A DNA stretch of 24,269 nt, taken from positions 1-24,269 of the forward strand of contig JAOZPT010000040.1 in assembly GCA_029932605.1 (NCBI GenBank), in the 5' to 3' direction. Positions 1 to 8,313 of this stretch are shown here, piece after piece (position 1 is the stretch's first letter; every line of letters starts with the position of its first letter). The notes beneath the pieces are model-generated. The model had not been told where the DNA came from. It saw nothing but the letters and a program-made list of their open reading frames with translations, and made no database searches. This stretch comes from Candidatus Zixiibacteriota bacterium (GTDB lineage Bacteria > Zixibacteria > MSB-5A5 > UBA10806 > 4484-95). The position numbers and the translations under genes were made by a program.

Positions 1-136
1 ACTTGTTGATGGCAAACTTACAGCAGGTCAGCACAGGATAACCTGGTGCAATAAGAATGTTTCATCAGGAGTATATTTCTATGTTTTATATACTGAAAAA
101 GTCAAGGTAAGCCGAATGATGACTATTTTGAAGTAA
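1..136 (+). CDS. 3' end of a secreted protein with T9SS type A sorting-like (Por secretion tail/FlgD-Ig-like) C-terminal domain, partial
   Basis: Frame starting at nt 2 reads LVDGKLTAGQHRITWCNKNVSSGVYFYVLYTEKVKVSRMMTILK* (TAA 134-136). This matches the LVDG..AG.H...W....SSGVYFY......KM.L.K tail pattern. It is not in the ORF track because the window truncates it. Confidence 0.85.
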   Translation, partial: LVDGKLTAGQHRITWCNKNVSSGVYFYVLYTEKVKVSRMMTILK

Positions 137-141
137 TATAC

Positions 142-177
142 TATTTGTGGTTGGAATTTGTTCTCACCTACAAAATA
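142..177. terminator. Possible weak bidirectional terminator between convergent genes
   Basis: Imperfect inverted repeat TTTGTGG...CTACAAA in the 55 nt gap between the convergent stops at 136 and 192. Confidence 0.25.
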
Positions 178-191
178 CTAAAGCTGTTTTT

Positions 192-1898
192 TTATCTGCT
201 TAACCTTATATCCTTAATTCTCAATTGAATTTTATTGGCGCCATTCCAGGTATTGAACTCAAGTACATAAGCGATGTCAACATAAACTGGTCGATTATGC
301 AGTTTACGTAAGAAATCACCATATCCGAATCCAATGCAGTCAAATATACAATCACCATGGCGGACTTTGAACTTGAGATGGTTTGATCCGACAATATGAG
401 GAGTGCCTACCACTTCAACATTGAAAGTTGCAAAGACAGGTCTCATATTTTGAGGACCAAAGGGGGCGAATTTTTCTAATATTTCCACTAGTTCGATATT
501 GATAGATTCAAGTTCAAGTTCAGAATCTATTTTAAGCTTGGGAACTAAATCCTCAGAAGAAAGCATCTTTGTTGAGACCTGATTGAGTTTTTCCCGGAAC
601 TTATCTATATTTGAAGGGCTTATTGAAAGACCAGCGGCGTATTTATGGCCACCGTATCTAATAAGATATTCATCACATTCTTTAAGAGCCTCATACAGGT
701 GAAATCCCGAAATGGAGCGTGCCGAACCCCTACCCTCTCCTCCATCAATAGCAATCATCACCGTCGGGCGGTTGAATTTTTCAACAAGACGCGAAGCTAC
801 GATACCGATCACACCCTGGTGCCAACCTGGAGATGATAATACTATTGCTCGATCACGACTTAAATCAACAGTGGTCTCAATTAACTCCAAAGCTTCGTTT
901 AAAGTCTGTTCATCGATGTTCTTTCTTCTCTTATTTTCAGCATTTAATACCCTAGCGATAGCATTTGCTTGGGTTTCGTCTTTAGTCGTTAAAAGCTTTA
1001 TAGCTTTCTGGGCATCTCCAAGTCTTCCCACTGCATTAATACGGGGAGCTAAGATAAAAACCACCTGTCCTGTGCCAATTTTATGTCCCATAATTCCGGC
1101 AATGAAGATTAAAGACTTAAGCCCTGGTTTAGTTGTTCTGGCTATTTGGTCAAGGCCAAATTTTGTTAGAATTCTGTTTTCACCAATAAGCGGCACTATA
1201 TCAGCTGCTGTGCCAAGCGCAACCAGATCAAGGTGTTGTTCGAGTTCGTATTCGTCTTGTTTAAGCTGTCTAAATAATGCTTGAGAACATTTATATGCCA
1301 CCCCTACCGCAGAAAGCTCATAACCCGGTTTATCCGGAGAATCAAGTTTAGGATTTATAATAACCTCCGCCAAGGGTAATTCCGCTCCAGGTTCATGATG
1401 GTCAGTGATAATGACCGAGATTCCTTTTTCTTTGGCTATTTTGACCTCTTCAACAGCTGTTATGCCGCAATCCACAGAGATCAACAAATCAACATTTCTC
1501 TTTTCGGCTTCCTCAAGTCCATCCTCCGATATACCATATCCCTCAATCAGTCGATTAGGAAGATAATAAGATACATCAGCACCAAGGCGATTTAAGACCA
1601 AAAACATAAGTGAAGTACCAGTAATGCCATCAACATCATAATCACCATAAATCATTATTTTTTCATTTTCCTTGAGGGCTTTGATAATTCTATTAACACC
1701 ATCTTTCATTCCCATTATTAAAAATGGGTCAAACAACTTATCAAGGCTGGGATTAAGGAATTGTTCAACTTGCTGGGGTGATATAATACCACGGCTACAA
1801 AGTATCTTAGCCGCTATATAAGAAATATCTAAATCGTGGGCTAATTTTTTAGCTTCTTCAACATGGGTCTCATCCGTAACAACCCACTTTAAGTCCAT
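192..1898 (-). CDS. recJ: Single-stranded-DNA-specific 5'-3' exonuclease RecJ
   Basis: DHH-family motifs YGDYDVDG, SVDCG, TDHH, ALGTAAD, APRINAVGRL, RGSARS and GGH, plus a C-terminal OB-like region (APFGPQNMRP). Start moved to ATG 1898 (MDLKWVV, preceded by AAGGA) because the ORF-track start at 1976 lies inside rnpB. Confidence 0.95.
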   Translation of the reverse strand: MDLKWVVTDETHVEEAKKLAHDLDISYIAAKILCSRGIISPQQVEQFLNPSLDKLFDPFLIMGMKDGVNRIIKALKENEKIMIYGDYDVDGITGTSLMFLVLNRLGADVSYYLPNRLIEGYGISEDGLEEAEKRNVDLLISVDCGITAVEEVKIAKEKGISVIITDHHEPGAELPLAEVIINPKLDSPDKPGYELSAVGVAYKCSQALFRQLKQDEYELEQHLDLVALGTAADIVPLIGENRILTKFGLDQIARTTKPGLKSLIFIAGIMGHKIGTGQVVFILAPRINAVGRLGDAQKAIKLLTTKDETQANAIARVLNAENKRRKNIDEQTLNEALELIETTVDLSRDRAIVLSSPGWHQGVIGIVASRLVEKFNRPTVMIAIDGGEGRGSARSISGFHLYEALKECDEYLIRYGGHKYAAGLSISPSNIDKFREKLNQVSTKMLSSEDLVPKLKIDSELELESINIELVEILEKFAPFGPQNMRPVFATFNVEVVGTPHIVGSNHLKFKVRHGDCIFDCIGFGYGDFLRKLHNRPVYVDIAYVLEFNTWNGANKIQLRIKDIRLSR

Positions 1899-1924
1899 AC
1901 CTATTTCATCCTTAATTAATATTA

Positions 1925-2283
1925 AAGGCAGGCCTGTAAGCCGAGTTCTGTATCTATACAGATAGCGATTATTCATCTAGGGGCGGATTCGCATCCGTCC
2001 TCAAACAGCCTACCCGAAGATCAAAAGAGGCGGGCAACCTCATCTCTTCTGCTTGGCCTTTCTTTCAGGTGGGGCTTGCCGTGCCCTTGATGTCTCCACC
2101 AAGGCGGTGGTCTCTTACACCACCTTTTCACCTTTACCACAACGAAATGATTAATCATTCAGTTGGGGAAGTTTATTTTCTGTGGCGCTTTCCATGTCCT
2201 TACAGACTCCTCGCGTTACGAGGCACCTTGCCCTTGAAAGCTCGGACTTTCCTCCCGTTACGGGCAACCGCCCAGCCTGCCTT
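1925..2283 (-). ncRNA. rnpB: RNase P RNA, bacterial type A (about 359 nt)
   Basis: Minus strand carries GAGGAAAGUCC near the 5' end, GCGCCACAGAAA, GGUAAAGGUGAAAAGGUGGUGUAAGAGACCACC, GGCAAGCCCCACC, the L15 GGU motif, and ACAGAACUCGGCUUA at the 3' end. P1 is formed by AAGGCAGGC (2283-2275) pairing with GCCUGCCUU (1933-1925). Confidence 0.97.
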
Positions 2284-2301
2284 AATAATTATCTTTCTTT
2301 A

Positions 2302-2889
2302 TTAGCTCCCAAAATCAACTTCGGGAACCTCTTTTGCCTCCTCCGGTACTTCAAAATATTCTCTGGGTTCGAAGTTGAAGATCCCGGCTATCATATTTTT
2401 TGGGAAACTTCTAATCGAACGATTATAATCTTTCACTATTTCATTATATCGGCGTCTGGCTACAGCAATTCGATTTTCTGTTCCAGCCAACTCATCTTGC
2501 AAACGAATGAAATTCTCACTGGCTTTAAGTTGTGGGTAATTTTCAACTATCATTAACAAGCGCCCTAAAAAGCCGCTTAACTCATTTGCTGCTTTTATCT
2601 TATCCGGGATAGTGCCCGCTCCAGCCAATTTTGCGCGAGCGTCGGCTATATGCTCAAACAATTCCCGCTCGTGGGTAGCATAACCCTTAACTGTTTCAAC
2701 TAAATTGGGGATAAGGTCGTTCCTGCGCATTAGCTGGTTATCAACATCAGCCCAAGCACCGTTTATCCCTTCGTCAAGTTTAACCAACTGGTTATAGGTA
2801 ACCATGAAATAACCACCTACAAGAAGAATGAAAAACGCTACTATCGCCAAGGCAATAAGGCTAAAAAGACATCCTCTGGTTAAAGCCAT
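2302..2889 (-). CDS. lemA: LemA family membrane-anchored protein
   Basis: N-terminal TM helix, then YNQLV...AWADVDNQLMRRNDLIPNLVETVKGYATHE, ENYPQLKASENF..LQDELAGTENRIAVARRRYN. SD AAGGAG upstream of ATG. Confidence 0.95.
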   Translation of the reverse strand: MALTRGCLFSLIALAIVAFFILLVGGYFMVTYNQLVKLDEGINGAWADVDNQLMRRNDLIPNLVETVKGYATHERELFEHIADARAKLAGAGTIPDKIKAANELSGFLGRLLMIVENYPQLKASENFIRLQDELAGTENRIAVARRRYNEIVKDYNRSIRSFPKNMIAGIFNFEPREYFEVPEEAKEVPEVDFGS

Positions 2890-2939
2890 ATCATCTCCTT
2901 TTTAAGTCATCCACCCCTCATAGCTTACCTTATTATTAT

Positions 2940-2968
2940 ATTATAGTTTCATATATATTTTTTGTCAA
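2940..2968 (-). promoter_or_regulatory. Consensus sigma70-type promoter of lemA-rnpB-recJ
   Basis: Minus strand TTGACA (2968-2963) - 17 nt - TATAAT (2945-2940), a perfect consensus about 50 nt upstream of the lemA ATG. Confidence 0.85.
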
Positions 2969-3102
2969 GTTATGAATTTACTAAAAATATCTTACTAAGT
3001 CAATACTCGACAAGAGGTTAAAATGGTATATACATAATACTAAAATAATAAATTGAAGAAATGAGGAATCAAAAATTATAAACGGTACGATTATCGAATA
3101 GT

Positions 3103-3131
3103 AAAGCCCGGGGTTAAATCGTCTCCCGGGC
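3103..3131 (-). terminator. Probable intrinsic terminator of the 3149-4009 gene
   Basis: GCCCGGG (3106-3112)/CCCGGGC (3125-3131) inverted repeat followed by UUUAC on the minus strand, 17 nt after the stop. Confidence 0.6.
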
Positions 3132-3148
3132 CACTAGATTTTAATTTC

Positions 3149-4009
3149 TCACCTTATAAGCATCATCTTTTTTGATTGAACAAAATCACCTGAAATCATT
3201 CGATAAAAATATATTCCCGTAGGTACAATTTGATTTCGATTGTCTTTCCCATTCCAGATAACCGAGTGTTTCCCCGCCTCTTTATATTCGGAGATAAGTG
3301 TCCTTACGTTTTGTCCAAGGACGTTGAAGATTTCTATGTTCACCATGCCAGCTTGTTTTAATTCAAATTCGATCTTCGTTTCAGGATTAAATGGATTGGG
3401 GAAATTTTGCGCTAAAGAGTAATCCGAGGGTAATTCTGTTTGTTGTTCACCGACCCCGACATCTACCCCATAATAAATCGAGCCGGGAACAACTATAGGT
3501 GTAAAACCTACTGTACCATCATATAAACCGAAATATAAACCACAGGGAATTATATCTTCTGTAGAATCGATAACTACAATCTGCGGCGACGCTGAAGGGC
3601 TTATCGAGAACCAGATTTTAAAACCAACAACTCGCTGCATATCTGTAAAAAGAGGTTCGTTATCAGGGCCACCAAGATCATACCAGGCTAATATACGTAT
3701 CAATCCGTCGTCAACAAAGATGCTATCCCATGTTTCATCCCAACCTTCAAGAGCCTCACCCCAAACAATTGAATCGGGAACGATCTGACCATCACTTGAA
3801 TACCATGTAGTGGGAATACTGAAGTCTCCAATAGAGTCATCGGTGACAAAATAAACATCAATATAAGCTGTTGACAGCTCACCGGGATTGTAAGGCACGT
3901 AGACGTTACTCTGGTAAATTAAACTGTCGGGTTCACCCGGGTCATTCTGCGCAAATAAAGGAACAAAGCAAAACATTAATAATCCCAGAATAATGATTAA
4001 ATTTCTCAT
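3149..4009 (-). CDS. Secreted protein: signal peptide + acidic beta-rich (cohesin-like?) domain + T9SS type A sorting/FlgD-Ig-like tail (paralog 1)
   Basis: Sec signal peptide ending LFA-Q. C-terminal QNFPNPFNPETKIEF...IFNVLGQNVRTL...WNGKD...TGIYFYRM...KKMMLIR. SD GGAGG. Confidence 0.88.
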   Translation of the reverse strand: MRNLIIILGLLMFCFVPLFAQNDPGEPDSLIYQSNVYVPYNPGELSTAYIDVYFVTDDSIGDFSIPTTWYSSDGQIVPDSIVWGEALEGWDETWDSIFVDDGLIRILAWYDLGGPDNEPLFTDMQRVVGFKIWFSISPSASPQIVVIDSTEDIIPCGLYFGLYDGTVGFTPIVVPGSIYYGVDVGVGEQQTELPSDYSLAQNFPNPFNPETKIEFELKQAGMVNIEIFNVLGQNVRTLISEYKEAGKHSVIWNGKDNRNQIVPTGIYFYRMISGDFVQSKKMMLIR

Positions 4010-4145
4010 TGTTTACACCTCCATAGTTTTAAACTCATTTCACATATTCCTGTTTTAAGTTCCCCAGTAAATAATTAACAAGATTTATTCCCGTTTGGAA
4101 AAATAATTATGTCCTTATCCGCTTCATTTAAAAAGTTAACTTATT

Positions 4146-4173
4146 ATCATAACATAAGTTAAAATATTATCAA
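4146..4173 (-). promoter_or_regulatory. Probable sigma70-type promoter (extended -10) of paralog 1
   Basis: Minus strand TTGATA (4173-4168) - 16 nt - TATGAT (4151-4146), preceded by TGn. The start of the spacer (ATATTT) matches the paralog 2 promoter. Confidence 0.5.
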
Positions 4174-4309
4174 CCTGTTTATAAATAGCATATCAATATA
4201 GCTTTGATAACGCTACAGCATGTATTATGAAAAATTTTGCATCCTGCCTTTTTATGTTTATCCAATACAGGAGCATATTTTAAAAATTATAATCTTACAT
4301 ATACCAAAC

Positions 4310-4342
4310 AAAAAACCCCGGGTGTATAAAAAACACCCGGGG
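4310..4342 (-). terminator. Rho-independent terminator of the 4358-5206 gene
   Basis: Perfect 10 bp stem CCCCGGGTGT (4316-4325)/ACACCCGGGG (4333-4342) followed by a U6 tract on the minus strand. Confidence 0.9.
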
Positions 4343-4357
4343 AGTTAAGCTTATATT

Positions 4358-5206
4358 TTATCGTATGAGCATCATCTTTTTCGTTTCAGAGAAATCGCCC
4401 GCGGTCATACGATAGAAGTAGACTCCCGATGGGCATATACGCCCTGTGTTATTAAGTCCATCCCATACCACTGAATGGTATCCAGCCTCTTTATAATCGG
4501 AGATGAGGGTTCTGACATTCTGCCCCAGGATGTTGTAAATCTTTATGTTGACGAGCTCCGGATTCGGCAGATCGAAGTCAATTTTTGTATAAGGGTTAAA
4601 GGGATTGGGATAATTTGACTTAAGGGCAAATTCCGTAGGCAGTGGCTGAACATCATCAATGCCAACCTCACCATACCTCAAATAACCACTTACCACTGTA
4701 GGGACAAATGTAATAACACCAAGTGTATCACCGAACTCAATACTGCCATTCCTTGGATCGCAAGTTGTATCAACAGTAACAAACTGTGGTTCAGCATCAG
4801 CAGTGATAACAAACCTCAGGCTTATTCCATGAAGTCTTTCACCATCTGTATATAGTGGAGGATTAGGCTCTCCACCTATATCATGCCAAGCAACCTGTCT
4901 TAAAAGAGCTTCATCAAGTAACAAAGTATCATAAACTTCATCCCACTCAAAGAAAACATCTCTCCACAGCGTTGCCCCTGGGAAAATCTCGCCATCAGAT
5001 GAATTCCAAGTAATCGGGAGATTTACAAACCCGATATAATCATCAGTGACAAAATAAAGCGGGATATAGACAAAAGTTCCACTGGGGTCATAATCTACAT
5101 CAACCCCGCTGATGATTAAACTGTCCGGGTCTCCCGGGTCCTGAGCGAATGCAACCATTGTGGATATTAAAAATATCCCAGTTACTAACCAAACCCACCT
5201 TTTCAT
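4358..5206 (-). CDS. Secreted protein: signal peptide + acidic beta-rich (cohesin-like?) domain + T9SS type A sorting/FlgD-Ig-like tail (paralog 2)
   Basis: Signal peptide ending AFA-Q. C-terminal SNYPNPFNP...IYNILGQNVRTL...WDGLN...SGVYFYRM...KKMMLIR. SD AGGAGG. Aligns by eye along its length to 3149-4009. Confidence 0.88.
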   Translation of the reverse strand: MKRWVWLVTGIFLISTMVAFAQDPGDPDSLIISGVDVDYDPSGTFVYIPLYFVTDDYIGFVNLPITWNSSDGEIFPGATLWRDVFFEWDEVYDTLLLDEALLRQVAWHDIGGEPNPPLYTDGERLHGISLRFVITADAEPQFVTVDTTCDPRNGSIEFGDTLGVITFVPTVVSGYLRYGEVGIDDVQPLPTEFALKSNYPNPFNPYTKIDFDLPNPELVNIKIYNILGQNVRTLISDYKEAGYHSVVWDGLNNTGRICPSGVYFYRMTAGDFSETKKMMLIR

Positions 5207-5313
5207 GTTCTTACTCCTCCTGATTAAATGTTATTAATTATGTTTTTAATTTCCCTTGTAGCTGCCTAAACCTCTACTTTTGTTAAAGCAATATTCTAAC
5301 CAATACTGTATTT

Positions 5314-5342
5314 ATTATATAAAAAAATTTAAATATTGTCAA
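5314..5342 (-). promoter_or_regulatory. Consensus sigma70-type promoter of paralog 2
   Basis: Minus strand TTGACA (5342-5337) - 17 nt - TATAAT (5319-5314), a perfect consensus with an A-tract (UP-element-like) upstream. Confidence 0.85.
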
Positions 5343-5411
5343 GTTTTTTTTTAACTTAAAATAACAGAACAGATTAAATCTATATATTTTACAATAGAGG
5401 ATTAAGTTTAC

Positions 5412-6782
5412 TTAGGGTTTTTTATTGTATAAACCGTATTTTTTAAGTTTTTCAAAAAGGGTTGTGTAATCGACCTTTAATATTTCAGCTGCTTTTCTCT
5501 TATTACCATGCGTCTGGGAAAGTACTCTTTTTATTAGTGCTTTTTCAGCTTCAGCTTGGGCATATGCCCCAACCTCTTTAAGGCCAGCACTTTCCCGAAG
5601 CCTTATCTCCGCTGCCGAGGGAATCCTTATCGCTAAATGCTCAGGAGTAATGGTTTTACCACTACATAAAATTATAGCTCTCTCAATCGTATTTTCTAAT
5701 TCTCTCACGTTTCCTGGCCAATGATATTTATCAAGCAGATTCAAGGCATCATGTGAAAACTTTTTCGACTTTTTGTTCATTTCTTTGCAATATTTTTCAA
5801 CAAAATAATCAGCTAAATGTGGAATATCCTCCCGCCTTTCCCGCAATGGTGGTATGGTTATAGGAAATACTGAAAGCCTGTAATAAAGGTCCTCGCGGAA
5901 TTGTTTTTTAGCGATGGATTCTTTAAGGTCTGTATTAGAGGCGGCGATAACTCTAACATCAACTGAAATAATTTTATTTCCTCCGAGTCTCTCGAATGTT
6001 TTTTCTTGTAAAACCCTTAATAGCTTGGCCTGCAGAGCAATGTCCAAATCTCCAATTTCATCTAAAAAAATTGAGCCACCGTTGGCTATTTCAAATTTCC
6101 CCATCTTGCGAGCTACAGAACCTGTAAAAGCACCTCTCTCCGAACCAAAAAGCTCGTTTTCCAAAAGCTCACGTGGTATAGCTGCACAATTAATCGTTAC
6201 ATACGGCCCCTGATTTCGGTTTGATAAATGGTGAATAGCTCGCGCAAACAATTCTTTACCGGTGCCGGATTCGCCAAGAAACAGCACTGTAGTGTCGGAC
6301 TTGGCTACTTTCTGGACAAGATCTGAAACCTCTTTAATCTTTTCCGAAACTCCAACTATATCGCTGAATCCAAGGTTGTGCCCAAGTTCCTCTCTTAGAA
6401 GCGTATTTTCTGCCATCAAACGCCGTGTTTCCAGTGCCCTCTTTATGATAACCGAGAGGTGGTCGGTATCAAAAGGTTTAGTGAGAAAATCAAATGCCCC
6501 CATCTTCATCGCCTGCACAGCATTCTCAATCGTACCGTAGGCGGTCATCATGATAACCGATGTATCAGGGTCTATCTCTTTAACCTCGGACAGAACTCCT
6601 AACCCATCCATTTTGGGGAGTTTTAAATCAGTAAGAATTATATCGTATCTCTTATCACGGGCTTTCTCAACACCGATAGAACCATCACTGGCAGAATCGA
6701 CCTCATACCCCTCTGATTCCAGAGTGGCTGTCAGCATCTTCTGCATGCTTTCTTTATCTTCAATTACAAGTATCGATGGCAT
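5412..6782 (-). CDS. Sigma54-dependent response regulator, NtrC/AtoC family (REC-AAA+-Fis HTH)
   Basis: REC (VIEDK, LTDLKLP, MMTAYG, TKPF), Walker A GESGTGKE, GAFTGS loop, Walker B IFLDEIG, FREDLYYRL, WPGNVRELEN, and a C-terminal HTH (GNKRKAAEILKV). Confidence 0.95.
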   Translation of the reverse strand: MPSILVIEDKESMQKMLTATLESEGYEVDSASDGSIGVEKARDKRYDIILTDLKLPKMDGLGVLSEVKEIDPDTSVIMMTAYGTIENAVQAMKMGAFDFLTKPFDTDHLSVIIKRALETRRLMAENTLLREELGHNLGFSDIVGVSEKIKEVSDLVQKVAKSDTTVLFLGESGTGKELFARAIHHLSNRNQGPYVTINCAAIPRELLENELFGSERGAFTGSVARKMGKFEIANGGSIFLDEIGDLDIALQAKLLRVLQEKTFERLGGNKIISVDVRVIAASNTDLKESIAKKQFREDLYYRLSVFPITIPPLRERREDIPHLADYFVEKYCKEMNKKSKKFSHDALNLLDKYHWPGNVRELENTIERAIILCSGKTITPEHLAIRIPSAAEIRLRESAGLKEVGAYAQAEAEKALIKRVLSQTHGNKRKAAEILKVDYTTLFEKLKKYGLYNKKP

Positions 6783-6798
6783 ATTATCACTATATTGG

Positions 6799-6825
6799 AT
6801 ATCGGTATAATATAAATGAGCTTGA
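6799..6825 (-). promoter_or_regulatory. Putative sigma28 (FliA/SigD/WhiG)-type promoter of the NtrC-family regulator
   Basis: Minus strand TCAAG-N14-ACCGATAT in the 51 nt intergenic gap. The family consensus is T(A/C)AAG-N14-GCCGATA(A/T). Confidence 0.55.
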
Positions 6826-6833
6826 ACTTATAT

Positions 6834-7508
6834 CTATGGTTTACAAATTCGGCAGGGTGAAAGGCCTAAAGCAAATGCTTCTTTCCGACTTCTTATTATC
6901 TGCATCTTACCCCTATCAACATCTTTCAGATGGTAACAGAGGGGGCGGTGAAAACGATACGACCCCTTGATATTTATGTAAAATTCCTCAGCGGCAGGTT
7001 CAGGTAAGGACCATATTCCTGATTTTTTTTGTTGAGCCTGTAAAAGAACAGGTAGATATTTATCTTTTAAATAAGCATTATCTGGAAAAAGATATAATAA
7101 ACCCATACCCATTTTAAGTATGGATAATCCCACATTAACAGAATCGACATAAACCTCCGCTAAAATTCTGCCATATCGATCCAATCCCGGTCCTACTAAA
7201 TGAAGAACAACTTTCTTTCCCAAAACAAGCCCTGATAGATACTCTTTTGCCTCATCATAAAATAGTTCACCTGATTCAGGAGTGTTAACCGCACTTATCC
7301 TAACCGATTTTCCGGAAGACAGCACGAAGGTGTCACCATCGACAATGGAGATTACGGTGCCAAATCTAATCGATTCTTGAGAGGTTTTATTGTTCGATGA
7401 CTGCTTTGATTTCTCTGATTTATCATCGCCACAATTTGTAAGCAAAAGCAGGCAACAAAAAACGGCAATTGAACAGCTATATTTTTTAAAAGCCGTTAAC
7501 GATTTCAT
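6834..7508 (-). CDS. Thermonuclease (SNase-like) lipoprotein with C-terminal Ada-type metal-binding domain
   Basis: Lipobox-like LLTNC-G and a Ser/Lys-rich linker. SNase motifs IVDGDT, VRISAVNTPE, DRYGRILA, AQQKKSGIWS. C-terminal FHRPLC...GLSPCRICKP. Confidence 0.88.
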   Translation of the reverse strand: MKSLTAFKKYSCSIAVFCCLLLLTNCGDDKSEKSKQSSNNKTSQESIRFGTVISIVDGDTFVLSSGKSVRISAVNTPESGELFYDEAKEYLSGLVLGKKVVLHLVGPGLDRYGRILAEVYVDSVNVGLSILKMGMGLLYLFPDNAYLKDKYLPVLLQAQQKKSGIWSLPEPAAEEFYINIKGSYRFHRPLCYHLKDVDRGKMQIIRSRKEAFALGLSPCRICKP

Positions 7509-7511
7509 TAC

Positions 7512-8255
7512 TCACTTCCAAAGCCTGTAGATTGCCACCGTTCCTTTTAATATGTTCTGGTAACGGCCATTAAGATGGTCTCCCATCAAAGCCTGCAGAA
7601 CATCATCTTGTTTTGAAAATATCTCCAAAGATGAAGATAAGTAATGGTAAGCATATTTTTTCCCGGTAAATATTCTCGATATCAGTGGTAAGAGCTTGTA
7701 AAAATACAGATGAAAAATCCAGGCGGTAACTTTATTCGGAGGATGAGCAACATCAACAAAAGATGAATGACCATCGGGTCTTAAGATGCGATTTATCTCC
7801 AGACCAAATGCTCTCAAATTATCAAGATTGCGAAGAGAATAACCGTTTATGACCCCATCGAAAGAGCAATCTTTGAAAGGTAACATTTCAGCGTCACAAT
7901 AAACAAATAATAACAGAGGCTCACCTTGATGATGCCGTTTGGACCTTGCATTAAGATGACCGTCAAGTTTTTTGCGGGCGAGCATATGCATTCTCGGGGA
8001 GAAATCCCCAAGAACAATTGTTCCTTTGAAATCTTTCTGGTTTAACAGTTCAACTGTCATATCTCCAGAGCCTGAACAGATATCTAAAACCAGGTTGTCA
8101 TCTTTATGGTTTACGACTGCCATCTTACGGCAGATGCCATCAAGTCCAAATGAAATGACCCTGTTTAAAAAATCGTAGCTCACGCTTATATCGTCAAACA
8201 TTCTTTTTACAAATCTCTTCTTCGGAGAGAAACACGTAGATTCTGTCTTATTCAT
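7512..8255 (-). CDS. ubiE: UbiE/MenG-family SAM-dependent quinone methyltransferase
   Basis: MFDDIS..YDFLNRVISFGLD, VLDICSGSGD, DFS..M, DAEMLPFKDCSFD, LRN, RILRPDG, AYHYL..S. Confidence 0.85.
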   Translation of the reverse strand: MNKTESTCFSPKKRFVKRMFDDISVSYDFLNRVISFGLDGICRKMAVVNHKDDNLVLDICSGSGDMTVELLNQKDFKGTIVLGDFSPRMHMLARKKLDGHLNARSKRHHQGEPLLLFVYCDAEMLPFKDCSFDGVINGYSLRNLDNLRAFGLEINRILRPDGHSSFVDVAHPPNKVTAWIFHLYFYKLLPLISRIFTGKKYAYHYLSSSLEIFSKQDDVLQALMGDHLNGRYQNILKGTVAIYRLWK

Positions 8256-8313
8256 TAACTTCTCAATTTAAACGACAACAGAACAAGTCTCAAATATGTT
8301 AAATAAATGTCCT

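Noticed and set aside
1899..1976. N-terminal 26 aa extension of recJ in the ORF track
   Set aside because: It mostly overlaps the conserved 3' end of rnpB. ATG 1898 has an SD-like sequence and gives a typical RecJ N-terminus.
2069..2556. + strand ORFs of 78 and 124 aa
   Set aside because: They are antisense shadows of rnpB and lemA with no recognisable motifs.
3106..4342. CCCGGG-core hairpins as REP/MITE or CRISPR-like repeats
   Set aside because: There are only two copies, each right after a paralog stop codon with a U tract, so they are better explained as duplicated terminators.
6834..8255. Adjacent methyltransferase + nuclease as a restriction-modification or defence pair
   Set aside because: The methyltransferase has UbiE/MenG motifs and no DPPY/NPPY/PC DNA-MTase motif, and the nuclease is an exported SNase-type lipoprotein.
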